This document shows, piece after piece, positions 33,101 through 40,046 of a stretch of 64,000 bases of DNA. The notes below the pieces were generated by a model that did not search any database, was not told the DNA's origin, and saw only the letters and a program-made list of their open reading frames with translations. How positions within the stretch are numbered: the first letter of the stretch is position 1; each line of letters starts with the position of its first letter. Source of the stretch: a virus; the IMG/VR virus record IMGVR_UViG_3300017917_001336, positions 1 through 64,000 of that record; one strand, written 5' to 3'. The position numbers were made by a program, and so were the translations under genes.

Positions 33101-34231
33101 GTAGCTAATCAACCAGTTGTATTCAATGGAACAAGCGCAGGCGGAATTACTACTGGAACATACTACTATGTTAAAGGTAATCCAACAAGTACAACATTCC
33201 AGATATCTGCTACAGCAGGCGGATCAGTAATAGCATTAACAAATGCGTCAATATCTGGCATGACTTATTTTGCAGGTCCAATTATTACGCAAACTGACCC
33301 TAACAAGGTTAACACCGCTCCAATTGTACCGCGTATTGGTAACGGAGCATTAGGTAACCCAAGTTTTGGTCATCGAGGTACTGCTAACTCAACTGCTACC
33401 GCCAGCTACTCAGGTGACGGTTATGCTGATTTATATCAAACAGGAACTTATGTCAACGTTAGCGGACTATATCAAATTCCAACAGCAGGTTGTAACGTGG
33501 TATTCAGTAGCATTACTGGCACAAGTCGTTGGTATAAACTTGTTAGTGTAACTAACGTACTTGGAGTTCCTGGTAACTATACAGCTACATTCCAGATCAA
33601 TCCAGGTCTAACAACATTGTTAGCACCAGCACATAACGATTTGATCACAACAAACTTACAATATAGTAATGTTCGTTTAACTGGACATGACTTCTTGTAT
33701 GTTGGTACTGGTGGATTTACAGCAACTAACTATCCGTATGTAGATGCTACTAAAGCAGTAACAGCATACCAGCAAGTAACTACAGCCGGCGGTCGCGTGT
33801 TCTTTACAAGTACTGACCAAGACGGTAACTTTAACGTTGGTAATTTGTTTGGAGTTCAACAGTCAACTGGTACTGCTACATTGAACGCTAGTGCGTTTAA
33901 CTTATCAGGATTGCAGTCTCTAACACTTGGATCAGTTAGCCTTGGTGTTGGATCAGCTACAATTTACCAATTTAGTACAGATCCGTACTTTACAGCTAAC
34001 AGCGATGGTGTTGTACCTACGCAAAGAGCTATCAAGGCATACATAACCGCACAAATTGGTGGTGGTCAAAGCTCACTAAACGTAAATACAATCACATCTG
34101 GTCAAATCTACATAGCTGGAAATCAGATAAGTAATACAAACAACGTCCAAATTTACGTAGCAAGTAAAATGTTATTTACAGGCGGAGTGGATGGAGCACC
34201 TGTTGCTCTTGCATTCTTTGGACAGCGATAA
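24167..34231 (+). CDS. Giant virion fibre/appendage protein (3354 aa), paralog of 14825
   Basis: MAEFKLGRIKF versus MAAEFKIGRLRY; shared GDELRS, RPTxGxYxSLDPGxGP, GGRIRAxNGNSSYG and RLTGHDFL blocks. Confidence 0.75.
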   Translation: MAEFKLGRIKFVYKGSWANGTSYVVDDVVTNGGKTYICVIAHTASPLFATDLAGGVGITKWNLIADGQSWKGNWVASTYYNLGDLVLWGGIVYICKTAHTSATYTTPTYLGLENDQAKWDAFAANFKWMGAWTNSTRYKVRDLVFYGGTTYVCNTAHISASTDSSGLEADISKWDTFNQGITFLGEWSGSSVRYKVNDVVKFGADLWICTTYHTSSGSSIDTNNFSVFVNGFQFEGSWSASNEYQKGDVVTYGGYTYTALLNNGSASPKVPSQEPTYWKVFTSGLVYSGEWDTGTSYKIGNVVTLGGYTYVATADNSASKPPSANWGQLSSGIRWAAAPNTTYSNVSSTNLSATGSGNPTFNVTRSGTNYSVVIGNSAGTGYTVNDTLKILGSNVGGASPGNDLIVKVATITGGGGTGPIGTVTIFSGYAATWKTGITYVAGDAVYYGNSSYICISAHIGSVGVNDPITDTGVYWNILASGADSGALTTQGDMVYYGANGPTRLPIGTDGQVLRVDVDKPSWSYYGELQNIVYVAPSGADVFGNGQGLTLDKPWKTLGYACKQVEDGYLNRNAGKILQVNKQFMMKEVNNFIITQYSFNVTGTSSSGNTFIVGGSSSTSQTTTANMYYGMPITFSAATGGVTVGTTYYVNTIPSSTTFTVSASYQSGIIQTISANSATTSTASFAYTQSKAERDTGTVIDGITFDLTHGGNLYTITATQAYFSTLTSYVSTGTRQQAPVFAASLSYLKDTLFPAVMTNSAPANNYQTIQGISLGNRAIQNITSVTSVSVETGALSSVQTLLAVITNALASGTYGNAPQLNRPNTTIYLKTGTYSEYGPIVVPQDTAVVGDELRSTIVQVAPAATYLGTDKPKTVTALKRIQSVLSDIVANNTVTPTTTGTTFPNTQTQVTALPAGDTGNASAANLVVNNTKIIQDMFEGGTVITGPTNSNYPTGNAYAPAISMPTVTGYNTSYLANYGDGVTLIQNNYQFIKDEIVSFLNTDPNLTGSAQWVNYSATYKAETLRDLTFILDSICYDMTYGCNTQSVIIGSSFYSLNTPQLFAPYLLGVTEALSRLSTIIGQIVQKTSVTASSGNTTTQYTTGTAGSSAAAAFAQARVADILYWINNGVADTSSATFSGSISSTTLTVSSVSGTIKIGQLVTGGTVAAGTYITGGSGTSWTVSVSQTATATGSTLNITPIVSGSYALATTANKASFDAVQARRSEIAADATSWVTKFFQNESPNLTLTTRDAGYVADALSYDLLFGGNFYSIQTGRSYNRLVTSVAALQANLADSTVGSIGFIGERVKIIASNGAVAQTSTVIDEMVAQIYGQPTTNATFNGTITGTQLVVNGSVTGTIAVGMQLSGTGIASGTTIVSGSGSNWLLNYNQSVSSTTTTIFNVATTVTLNGQTYSNILTAGTTTGFVPGLVVTITGTAISNLTAGTYYIKQVLSSTQFTVSQTYLGSTFAINSNATGAMTAVVYGIYGGLALTTDIVASGTAIPVTVATTSTNLITVDSNAGMYVDMPITFTSLPANITTTATTISSNSITLGATVSSLGIVVGQKVWFTGFTPQGSGTTNNIIENKVYYVKTATSSQITISATLNGTALTLANATGLTLTATFNAAGGLVNGAQYWINSVTAGTYPAAGTTITVTESYKSGVAFAITNTVSGMTATCQVGMETNQGINQKITNGTIGPWNNPTGNYKSASGYNNTLSTIKGAEVIRANRDFLANEAVAYVLSQFTATVTATALNGTVTCSGAHNLTVGDPVVFSGTIFDTSISAGTVYWVLTTPTTSTFTMTITQPGKGTQSTKVLTNSSGSMTVSYYIITDKAVRDAQNHIDGLIYDLTVTGNYKSTRSAQLYLSAQAGSTANNLFHLRNGTGLRNMTLNGLTGSLTLPNSLGTRRPTAGSYSSLDPGFGPTDSNVWISVRSPYAQNLTLFGSGCTGMKIDAALHFGGNKSIVANDYTTIISDGIGVWCTGSNSLTELVSVFAYYSYAGYLAEYGGRIRATNGNSSYGSYGVIAEGIDSYETPVYGRLNNRANQTYVTNVVTDGTDEIYRIEFANAGSAYTNAIPTVNGAGYNIVTIQDEFRDSSVFETRLIDLNNGQGVGGSNYLTAANVAQTGAVGSITIANSDTQLSSAYVGMRIQLTAGTGVGQYANILGYSQGSKVANIYRSNFAPLTITTNTTTQFTVASTGTMYVGQPIYLGANIAGLTTGTVYYVSSQSFTSTQFRLSTTLANATAGTSITLSATSATPAVMASSIIVGTTLTVGTLSSGTIYPGMLLTGGSVLPNTYISANISGSGSGSTWTVSVSQNLSSTTLTGTISVPVYEAGWDHVVPGTVINNILDATSAYIIEPALSYTAPGWTSTGITMTAAASTNWAGLAYGNGTFVATSNATGIRSTATTTDGTTWAAGGNLPVDASSSWGHVVYGGGQGATATAVVGGIGGSGAILQANLGSGNTSGQIVSITVVNGGYNYTTPPTIVISDSTGAGATATCRVLNGIIQAVDMVITGSLYTAPTVYVVTSSLSSITANTWGAGYYTAPIITVAAPFTATGWSSGGSATAGTYYSAVDTTVSPNVTNYYLAGGSGTFSATKPTFTNAVYGKSGYGATGVGASGTYGVTLTYVGTLAVASANTNTNAAGYGVISYTVSQTGYGYATTPAVTITDPNAAFVAISEATTSAAYSTDKGATWTATGGNTGKTNLKSLAYGNNLYIAVGGTSSAVAVSLSGSPTNTWSDQSTNITTNASGYATVTYGAGVFCALGGTVSSFTAADPTKWYTGASIPSKTWVSAAYGNGKFVGLASDGTIIVTTNWQSNNWTTGPFAANNTWVTISNNPLLASGITTWRRIRYGQGLFVAVATSSQAVATSWDGLNWTFYSTGMPSSSNWYGLAFGNPQNATLGAVPTWVSVSNTSGKVATTIATGARPLGRAKVVNNQISEIRMIEPGSGFPRGNVTATSNTSTGTITVDSTINLVANQPVVFNGTSAGGITTGTYYYVKGNPTSTTFQISATAGGSVIALTNASISGMTYFAGPIITQTDPNKVNTAPIVPRIGNGALGNPSFGHRGTANSTATASYSGDGYADLYQTGTYVNVSGLYQIPTAGCNVVFSSITGTSRWYKLVSVTNVLGVPGNYTATFQINPGLTTLLAPAHNDLITTNLQYSNVRLTGHDFLYVGTGGFTATNYPYVDATKAVTAYQQVTTAGGRVFFTSTDQDGNFNVGNLFGVQQSTGTATLNASAFNLSGLQSLTLGSVSLGVGSATIYQFSTDPYFTANSDGVVPTQRAIKAYITAQIGGGQSSLNVNTITSGQIYIAGNQISNTNNVQIYVASKMLFTGGVDGAPVALAFFGQR

Positions 34232-34253
34232 TAAACAATTTGGAGAAACATAA

Positions 34254-34607
34254 ATGGCAACAGGAATTTTATACACAGGTACACCGGCAGCAACAACAGC
34301 AACTACTGCCTATACTGTACCAACAACAACTTATAGTGTTGTTAACGTCAGTTTTACTAACACCGGTACCACATCTGCAACTATTCGTTTGTATATTGGT
34401 TCTAGTTTAGGATCCGCTGGTAGCCCAACCGGATCGTTAGTTAACAGTGAAGCTATTGAATACGATACTGTAATTGCTCCTAAAGGAGTATTTGAACGAA
34501 CAGGTCTAGTGTTAAGTAGTGTTACTGGAGCAAAATATATTACAGTATGGGCTTCAACTGCTAACGTGAACGTAAACATCTACGGTATCGAGACATCAAC
34601 AGTATAA
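34254..34607 (+). CDS. Small structural/adaptor protein
   Basis: 117 aa; IEYDTVIAPKGVFERTGLVL; same size and pattern as 4435 and 14066; SD GGAG. Confidence 0.6.
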   Translation: MATGILYTGTPAATTATTAYTVPTTTYSVVNVSFTNTGTTSATIRLYIGSSLGSAGSPTGSLVNSEAIEYDTVIAPKGVFERTGLVLSSVTGAKYITVWASTANVNVNIYGIETSTV

Positions 34608-34627
34608 TATAAAAGAGAGATAATAAT

Positions 34628-35770
34628 ATGGCACGTTATAATACGGTAATCCCAACAGCGACTGCGTCTGCTACAGCATCAATTGCATCTCCAGGTGCTG
34701 GTGCATTTACAAAACTTACAGGTACTAGCTATACTGTAACAATTGGAGATCCTGTACTATTTGCCGGTCAATCTCAAGTATTCTATAATGCTGCCAGCGG
34801 AACAATTACATTAACATTTACTAGTACTGGTGCAGGAACATTTATTGGCCCAGGCGGAAGCACTACAACAAGTCAAACAATTGGTAGTGGATCAACATTA
34901 ACAATTTATTCTGATGGTACTAACTGGGTATTAATGGGTTCAGGTGGCGGTCCTGTAACAGCAACAACAGGTTCATTTAGCGGCGACATAACACTTACTG
35001 GCGCAACACCTACAGTTAACTTTAACAATACTAATCCAACTATTGCTACAAACAGTTCAGGAAGTACAGCTACAGTTTTTAACACTAACGTTACTACGCT
35101 TAACATTGGCGGTGCAGCCACTACTATTGCAATGGGTGTAAATGCTGGTACAACTACATTAAAAGGTAAGCTATCGCTTGCTGGCTCAGGTAGTGGTACT
35201 GTTTCATTCCAGGCAGCAGCCGCGGCAGGTTCAGTAACTTATACATTACCGAGTGCCGATGCAGCTGCGTCTGGTTATGCACTAGTATCAAACGGTAGTG
35301 GTACATTAAGTTGGGCACAAACAGGTGCATCAGTAACTGACGACAGTTCATCAACAACTTTATATCCATTGTTGTTTAATGCTACTAGCGGAAATGCAAC
35401 AACTATCAGAGTATCAAGTACAAAATTATCGTTTAATGCTTCGACTGGTACAATGACAGCAACGGCATTGACTGCAACAACTATTACTGAAACTTCTAGT
35501 ATAGCACTAAAAGAAAATTTAAATCCAATTACTGGTGCACTTGATAAAGTTTTACAACTAGCAGCATATACATATGATCGTAAAGATGGATCTAGTAAAA
35601 ACGAAGCTGGTTTAATTGCTGAAGATGTAAACGAAATTATTCCAAACTTAGTTACATTAGATAAAGATGGCAAGCCTTACGGTATTCAATATACGAAACT
35701 TACAGCTTATCTTGTTGAAGCAGTTAAATCACTAAAGGAAGAGATTGATAGATTAAAAGGTAATAAGTAA
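34628..35770 (+). CDS. Tail-fibre-like protein with C-terminal intramolecular chaperone (peptidase S74)
   Basis: ETSSIALKENL...GLIAEDVNEIIPNLV...IQYTKLTAYLVEAVKSLKEEI; Ser/Lys dyad spacing retained. Confidence 0.8.
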   Translation: MARYNTVIPTATASATASIASPGAGAFTKLTGTSYTVTIGDPVLFAGQSQVFYNAASGTITLTFTSTGAGTFIGPGGSTTTSQTIGSGSTLTIYSDGTNWVLMGSGGGPVTATTGSFSGDITLTGATPTVNFNNTNPTIATNSSGSTATVFNTNVTTLNIGGAATTIAMGVNAGTTTLKGKLSLAGSGSGTVSFQAAAAAGSVTYTLPSADAAASGYALVSNGSGTLSWAQTGASVTDDSSSTTLYPLLFNATSGNATTIRVSSTKLSFNASTGTMTATALTATTITETSSIALKENLNPITGALDKVLQLAAYTYDRKDGSSKNEAGLIAEDVNEIIPNLVTLDKDGKPYGIQYTKLTAYLVEAVKSLKEEIDRLKGNK

Positions 35771-37596
35771 TGGCAACGTTAAAAAATACCACAATTAGTG
35801 ATACTGGAACTTTAAAATTATCAACAGGTACGCAAGCACAGCGTCCAGCGATTGTTTCAAAAGTACAATCATTTTCAAGCCCTGGTACATGGACTGCACC
35901 TACTGGAGTAACTAGCGTTGAAGTGTTAGTTGTTGCCGGTGGTGGTGGTACTGGTTGGGACGTTGGTGGCGGAGGTGGCGGAGGTGGCGTACTATATGCT
36001 GCTAGTTTTCCAGTCACACCAGGAACACCATATCCAGTAGGCGTAGGTTCAGGTGGTGCTTCTGCATCAACTCCCGGAGCTAAAGGATCTAACGGAGGCA
36101 ACTCAAACTTTTCAACATTAACTGCTGTCGGCGGTGGTGGAGGAGGAGCATATCCCGGTAACGGTGCAGGTCTTCCCGGCGGATCTGGTGGTGGTGGAGG
36201 AGACCAATTTGCTTCGGGCGGTTCTGGAACACAATCTCCAAGCGGCCCAGCTACTGGATACGGATTTCCTGGAGGTGGTAGTGGACAAGCATGGGTAGGT
36301 GGTGGTGGCGGTGGCGCTGGCGGCGCTGGCCAAGGTGGCGGAGGAATTTTGCGCTATCAAGATTCAAGAGAAAGCAACTTATCAGGCGGCGACGGTTCTA
36401 TTGCATTGCCTGGAGGATGGACTGGTTACCCGGGATCAGGCGGCTTTTATGAAGGAACAGCAGCTTTAGGTGGGCCAGGATTAACATTTACAATTACTGG
36501 AACAGCAATTACATATTCAGGCGGCGGCCACGGGCAATCTGACGGTGGATTTATTCAACCAACAAACCCTAATCCAGGGTGGGGTGCAAACGGTTCTGGT
36601 GAAGGCGGCTCGTATTATCCCGGAAGTCCCGGTGTAGTTGTTTTAAGATATAGAGTTCCAACTGATACAGAAACTAGTGGATATGCTAGATTTAACACAA
36701 ATAGTAATAGTTTAGAAATGGACGGTGGTAGCGGTTTTTCATCGTTACAAGATGCAGCAGATTCACGCATTGTTAAATTTACCGAAGTTGGTAGTTGGAC
36801 TTGGACTGTTCCTGCAAACGTTTATAGCGTCAGAGTACTAGTAGTTGCTGGCGGTGGTGGCGGATGTGAACGTCACGGTGGTGGTGGAGGTGGAGGCGGT
36901 ATGCTTGAGCATTTTGGCTATCCAGTTACACCAGGCGCAAGTATCCCAGTAGTAGTTGGCGCAGGCGGTAAAGGTTTAGCTAAACCATCAGGAAATCCAC
37001 ACGGAAATCCAGGCTATCAAGGTTATCCAAGTAGTTTTGGAGATATTATTACTTATGGCGGTGGCGGTGGATTCAGTGACGGAAGTGTCCAAGGCGATCC
37101 AAGAGCCACTGGTGGCGGAGTCCAGCTCGCTGGCGGATCAGGTGGCGGCGGAAGCCATAACCCTGGTAACGTGTCTGGCGTAGGCATCTTAGGACAAGGA
37201 TTTCCAGGCGGTGGCGCATCTAGTTCGCAGACAAGCCGTGGCGGTACAGGCCCATATCCTGGTACAGGTAACCCACATGCAGGCGGTGGTGGCGGTGGCG
37301 CAGGTGGCGCAGGCGAACCATCGAGAAGCAACAGTGAAGCAGGTAATGGTGGCCCAGGACGAATGAGCGATATTACTGGACAACAAGTTTGGTACGCAGG
37401 CGGCGGCGGCGGATCTTGCCATAATAACACTACTCAAGGCGGTAAAGGTGGTATTGGTGGTGGTGGCGATGGTGGCGGCCCTGGATATCATCAACCGGGT
37501 GTTGACGGTCTTGGTGGTGGTGGCGGTGCAGCTAATAATGATCCAGCTCCTGTAGGTGGATATGGTGGCTCCGGAATTGTTATTATTCGTTATTAA
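35770..37596 (+). CDS. Glycine-rich (polyglycine) putative adhesin 1, two Gly-rich domains
   Basis: 608 aa; VLVVAGGGG...GGSGIVIIRY-type domain present twice; TAATG overlap with the S74 fibre. Confidence 0.75.
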   Translation: MATLKNTTISDTGTLKLSTGTQAQRPAIVSKVQSFSSPGTWTAPTGVTSVEVLVVAGGGGTGWDVGGGGGGGGVLYAASFPVTPGTPYPVGVGSGGASASTPGAKGSNGGNSNFSTLTAVGGGGGGAYPGNGAGLPGGSGGGGGDQFASGGSGTQSPSGPATGYGFPGGGSGQAWVGGGGGGAGGAGQGGGGILRYQDSRESNLSGGDGSIALPGGWTGYPGSGGFYEGTAALGGPGLTFTITGTAITYSGGGHGQSDGGFIQPTNPNPGWGANGSGEGGSYYPGSPGVVVLRYRVPTDTETSGYARFNTNSNSLEMDGGSGFSSLQDAADSRIVKFTEVGSWTWTVPANVYSVRVLVVAGGGGGCERHGGGGGGGGMLEHFGYPVTPGASIPVVVGAGGKGLAKPSGNPHGNPGYQGYPSSFGDIITYGGGGGFSDGSVQGDPRATGGGVQLAGGSGGGGSHNPGNVSGVGILGQGFPGGGASSSQTSRGGTGPYPGTGNPHAGGGGGGAGGAGEPSRSNSEAGNGGPGRMSDITGQQVWYAGGGGGSCHNNTTQGGKGGIGGGGDGGGPGYHQPGVDGLGGGGGAANNDPAPVGGYGGSGIVIIRY

Positions 37597-37604
37597 GGAT
37601 TTTT

Positions 37605-37904
37605 ATGGCAGAGCTAGAAAATAATCAACAAGAACAAACAGTAGTTAGTGTTCCCACTCTTCCTACAAAAGAAGAATTATTAGAAAAATGGGATTCTTCT
37701 TGGGGAGTTTATATATGGTACGGATCAATTCCAGAATTTTTGTTAAAATGGGGATTGTTAGGAAACCATGAAATTAGAGAACACACAGAATATGAGTATA
37801 TTGACACCGATCAAGATGGCACATATGAAGTAATGTTTACTACTAAGAATGTAGAGTTTAGTACAGATGAAGAATTTTCATCAAAAATTAAACAAGTTCG
37901 ATAA
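37605..37904 (+). CDS. Small acidic hypothetical protein (possible partner or chaperone of adhesin 1)
   Basis: 99 aa, SD AAGGA, last gene before the terminator. Confidence 0.6.
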   Translation: MAELENNQQEQTVVSVPTLPTKEELLEKWDSSWGVYIWYGSIPEFLLKWGLLGNHEIREHTEYEYIDTDQDGTYEVMFTTKNVEFSTDEEFSSKIKQVR

Positions 37905-37914
37905 AATTACTACT

Positions 37915-37947
37915 AATAAAAAAGCACCCTTAGGGTGCTTTTTTATT
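37915..37947. terminator. Bidirectional rho-independent terminator
   Basis: AATAAAAAAGCACCC-TTA-GGGTGCTTTTTTATT between convergent genes. Confidence 0.88.
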
Positions 37948-39409
37948 TTGTGTCTCTTATTACTGAAAGCATCATTTTGTGAGATATTTCTTTAGTTTCT
38001 TTTAAGAAATTTATCTCATGTGCTACAAGGTTATCAGCATGTTCTCTAATTAATGAATGTAACATCTGATACTCTTTCTTAATAGATTCTTGATCAAATA
38101 ATCCAAGCCCCTGCATTACTACAATAAAATTAGCTTCTGTAAATAATGCATATTGAGAAACATTATAAAAGTCTTCTTTGATTGGCAACTTATATCTCCA
38201 CTGCTCTAAATTAGATTTTAGGCTATCTGGAAGTTCAAGATTTTGTATATCTTTCCAAAACTGACTGTTATCTTTTTTAACAACGTAATGTAGCGCAATG
38301 AAATCTCTAATATTTTCCATAATGCTGGTTATTGATCTATTATAACTTTCAATTGTTTTTTCATCATAGTTTGCTAGTCTATGCATTAAAATAAATGCCT
38401 GTTGAATAGACGTGCCAATACTAGTTGCTTCTAGTGGCTCTACAAAACTTCCGCTAAGGCCGATTGCAACACAATTTTTAATCCATGCACGATCTAATGC
38501 ACCCGGATCAAATTTAAATTCTTTACCAATTTCAATCTCATGTCCTAGGTATTTTTCTGCTTCTGCCTTAGCTTGATCCTGCGTAATATAATCGCTGTCA
38601 TAGATATAACCATTTCCACCACGACCCCAAACAGGTATTCTAAACATCCAACCGTAATCCATTGCTTTTGCTAAAGTCCACATATTATAGTTTTCTGTAT
38701 CCGGTGTTGGAAATGCTATAGCAGCCTTCATTTTTAAATACTTTCCGTAACTTATCCACTTTGCTCCTAACTTAGACATTAGAATACGTTTAAATCCGGT
38801 ACTATCGATGTAAAAATCATAGTTGTAATCTTGTTTGTTTCCTTTAAGAGTACCAATACTACCATCTTCAGCTAAAGTAACATCAATAATTTCGTCATCG
38901 ATAAAATTAATCCCCAAAGATTTACCAGTTTTAGTTAAAAATTCATTTAATTTATGTGTGTTAAAATGATACTGACTAGCAGGTGATTCTTTTGGATTAT
39001 TTAAAAACCATGTATTAACTTGACTTCTCCAATATCGTTCACTTGACATTGCTGTAGCTGGTTCGCCTTCAGCAATTAATTTGCCGTACACATATCTATA
39101 TTGACTGGCTCGACCGTCGTAAGGGACTTGTACGCTGTGCATATAAGGATCAGGAGTCCAATCTCTAAACATAATACCTACTTTGTATGTAGCATCGCAT
39201 TCTTTGATTAATGTGTATTGGTCAATTTCTAAAAAATCCATAAACTCTTTCCAGTGTTCAGTACTTCCTTCACCGACACCAACTATCCCAATAGCTTTAG
39301 AACATATTAAATCAATATGTAAATCTGGGAGACGTTTTTTTAAAACTAATGCAGCTACTAGTCCAGCGGTACCGCCGCCGACTACTGCTAATCTATTAAC
39401 ATGTTTCAT
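37943..39409 (-). CDS. Flavin-dependent halogenase (tryptophan halogenase family)
   Basis: VVGGGTAG FAD motif, IVGVGEGS, ATYKVGI (catalytic Lys position), IDSTGF, GWMFRIP (WxWxIP variant), FVEPLEATSI. Confidence 0.9.
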   Translation of the reverse strand: MKHVNRLAVVGGGTAGLVAALVLKKRLPDLHIDLICSKAIGIVGVGEGSTEHWKEFMDFLEIDQYTLIKECDATYKVGIMFRDWTPDPYMHSVQVPYDGRASQYRYVYGKLIAEGEPATAMSSERYWRSQVNTWFLNNPKESPASQYHFNTHKLNEFLTKTGKSLGINFIDDEIIDVTLAEDGSIGTLKGNKQDYNYDFYIDSTGFKRILMSKLGAKWISYGKYLKMKAAIAFPTPDTENYNMWTLAKAMDYGWMFRIPVWGRGGNGYIYDSDYITQDQAKAEAEKYLGHEIEIGKEFKFDPGALDRAWIKNCVAIGLSGSFVEPLEATSIGTSIQQAFILMHRLANYDEKTIESYNRSITSIMENIRDFIALHYVVKKDNSQFWKDIQNLELPDSLKSNLEQWRYKLPIKEDFYNVSQYALFTEANFIVVMQGLGLFDQESIKKEYQMLHSLIREHADNLVAHEINFLKETKEISHKMMLSVIRDTK

Positions 39410-39966
39410 ACGAAATTATACCATCCTGTAATTATATATTTTTCTTCAGTTGGACTAATTACACCTCTATGTGTATGTGTCCAGTCTGCAGGCCAAATTA
39501 ATGTTTTTCCTTGCTCAGCTGTTGTAATCAAATTTTGATGGAAAAATTCAGTTCCTCCACCATTACTTACTGTGTTTAAGTACGTCATAAAAACTAAATG
39601 CCTTGTACTGTTTATAGGATCGGGCGATCCTCTTTCAGTATGATATGCAACATATCCTTCACCTGGTTTATAATGCTGTATTTTCACTCGTTCTCTAATA
39701 GTAAATGGACTATAAGAATTGCAATATGGATATTGCTGTATATAAGTTTCTAATACTTGTTGCAATTCATACAAATAATTTGATAGCGCAGGATCTAAGA
39801 TATCATACCTACATTCTGTGCTAGATTTTTCTAAAGAATTTACAAGACCATCGACTTTACCTTGCCAAATAGTTCCTGCACGTTTTGAAGGATCATTTTT
39901 AAATAATTCTATTAAATCTTCGCAAGTTTGGGGAGAAACAACCCCTTGTCCTATAAACGTATTCAT
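39406..39966 (-). CDS. 2OG-Fe(II) oxygenase (prolyl-hydroxylase-like, H-x-E type)
   Basis: IQHYKPGEGYVAYHTE...RHLVFMTYLN...GGTEF...WPADWTHTHRG...KYIITGW; start moved to the ATG at 39966. Confidence 0.88.
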   Translation of the reverse strand: MNTFIGQGVVSPQTCEDLIELFKNDPSKRAGTIWQGKVDGLVNSLEKSSTECRYDILDPALSNYLYELQQVLETYIQQYPYCNSYSPFTIRERVKIQHYKPGEGYVAYHTERGSPDPINSTRHLVFMTYLNTVSNGGGTEFFHQNLITTAEQGKTLIWPADWTHTHRGVISPTEEKYIITGWYNFV

Positions 39967-39971
39967 ACATT

Positions 39972-40016
39972 TAGTTAGCACTTTTTAACTTTCTTGCTTT
40001 AATATTTGGCTAAATA
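39972..40016. promoter_or_regulatory. Divergent late-type promoter pair (CTAACTA on minus, CTAAATA on plus)
   Basis: Minus-strand motif 39978-39972 is 5 nt before ATG 39966; plus-strand motif at 40010-40016. Confidence 0.55.
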
Positions 40017-40046
40017 ATAGAAATAATCGTAAAGAGATTAGAATTC

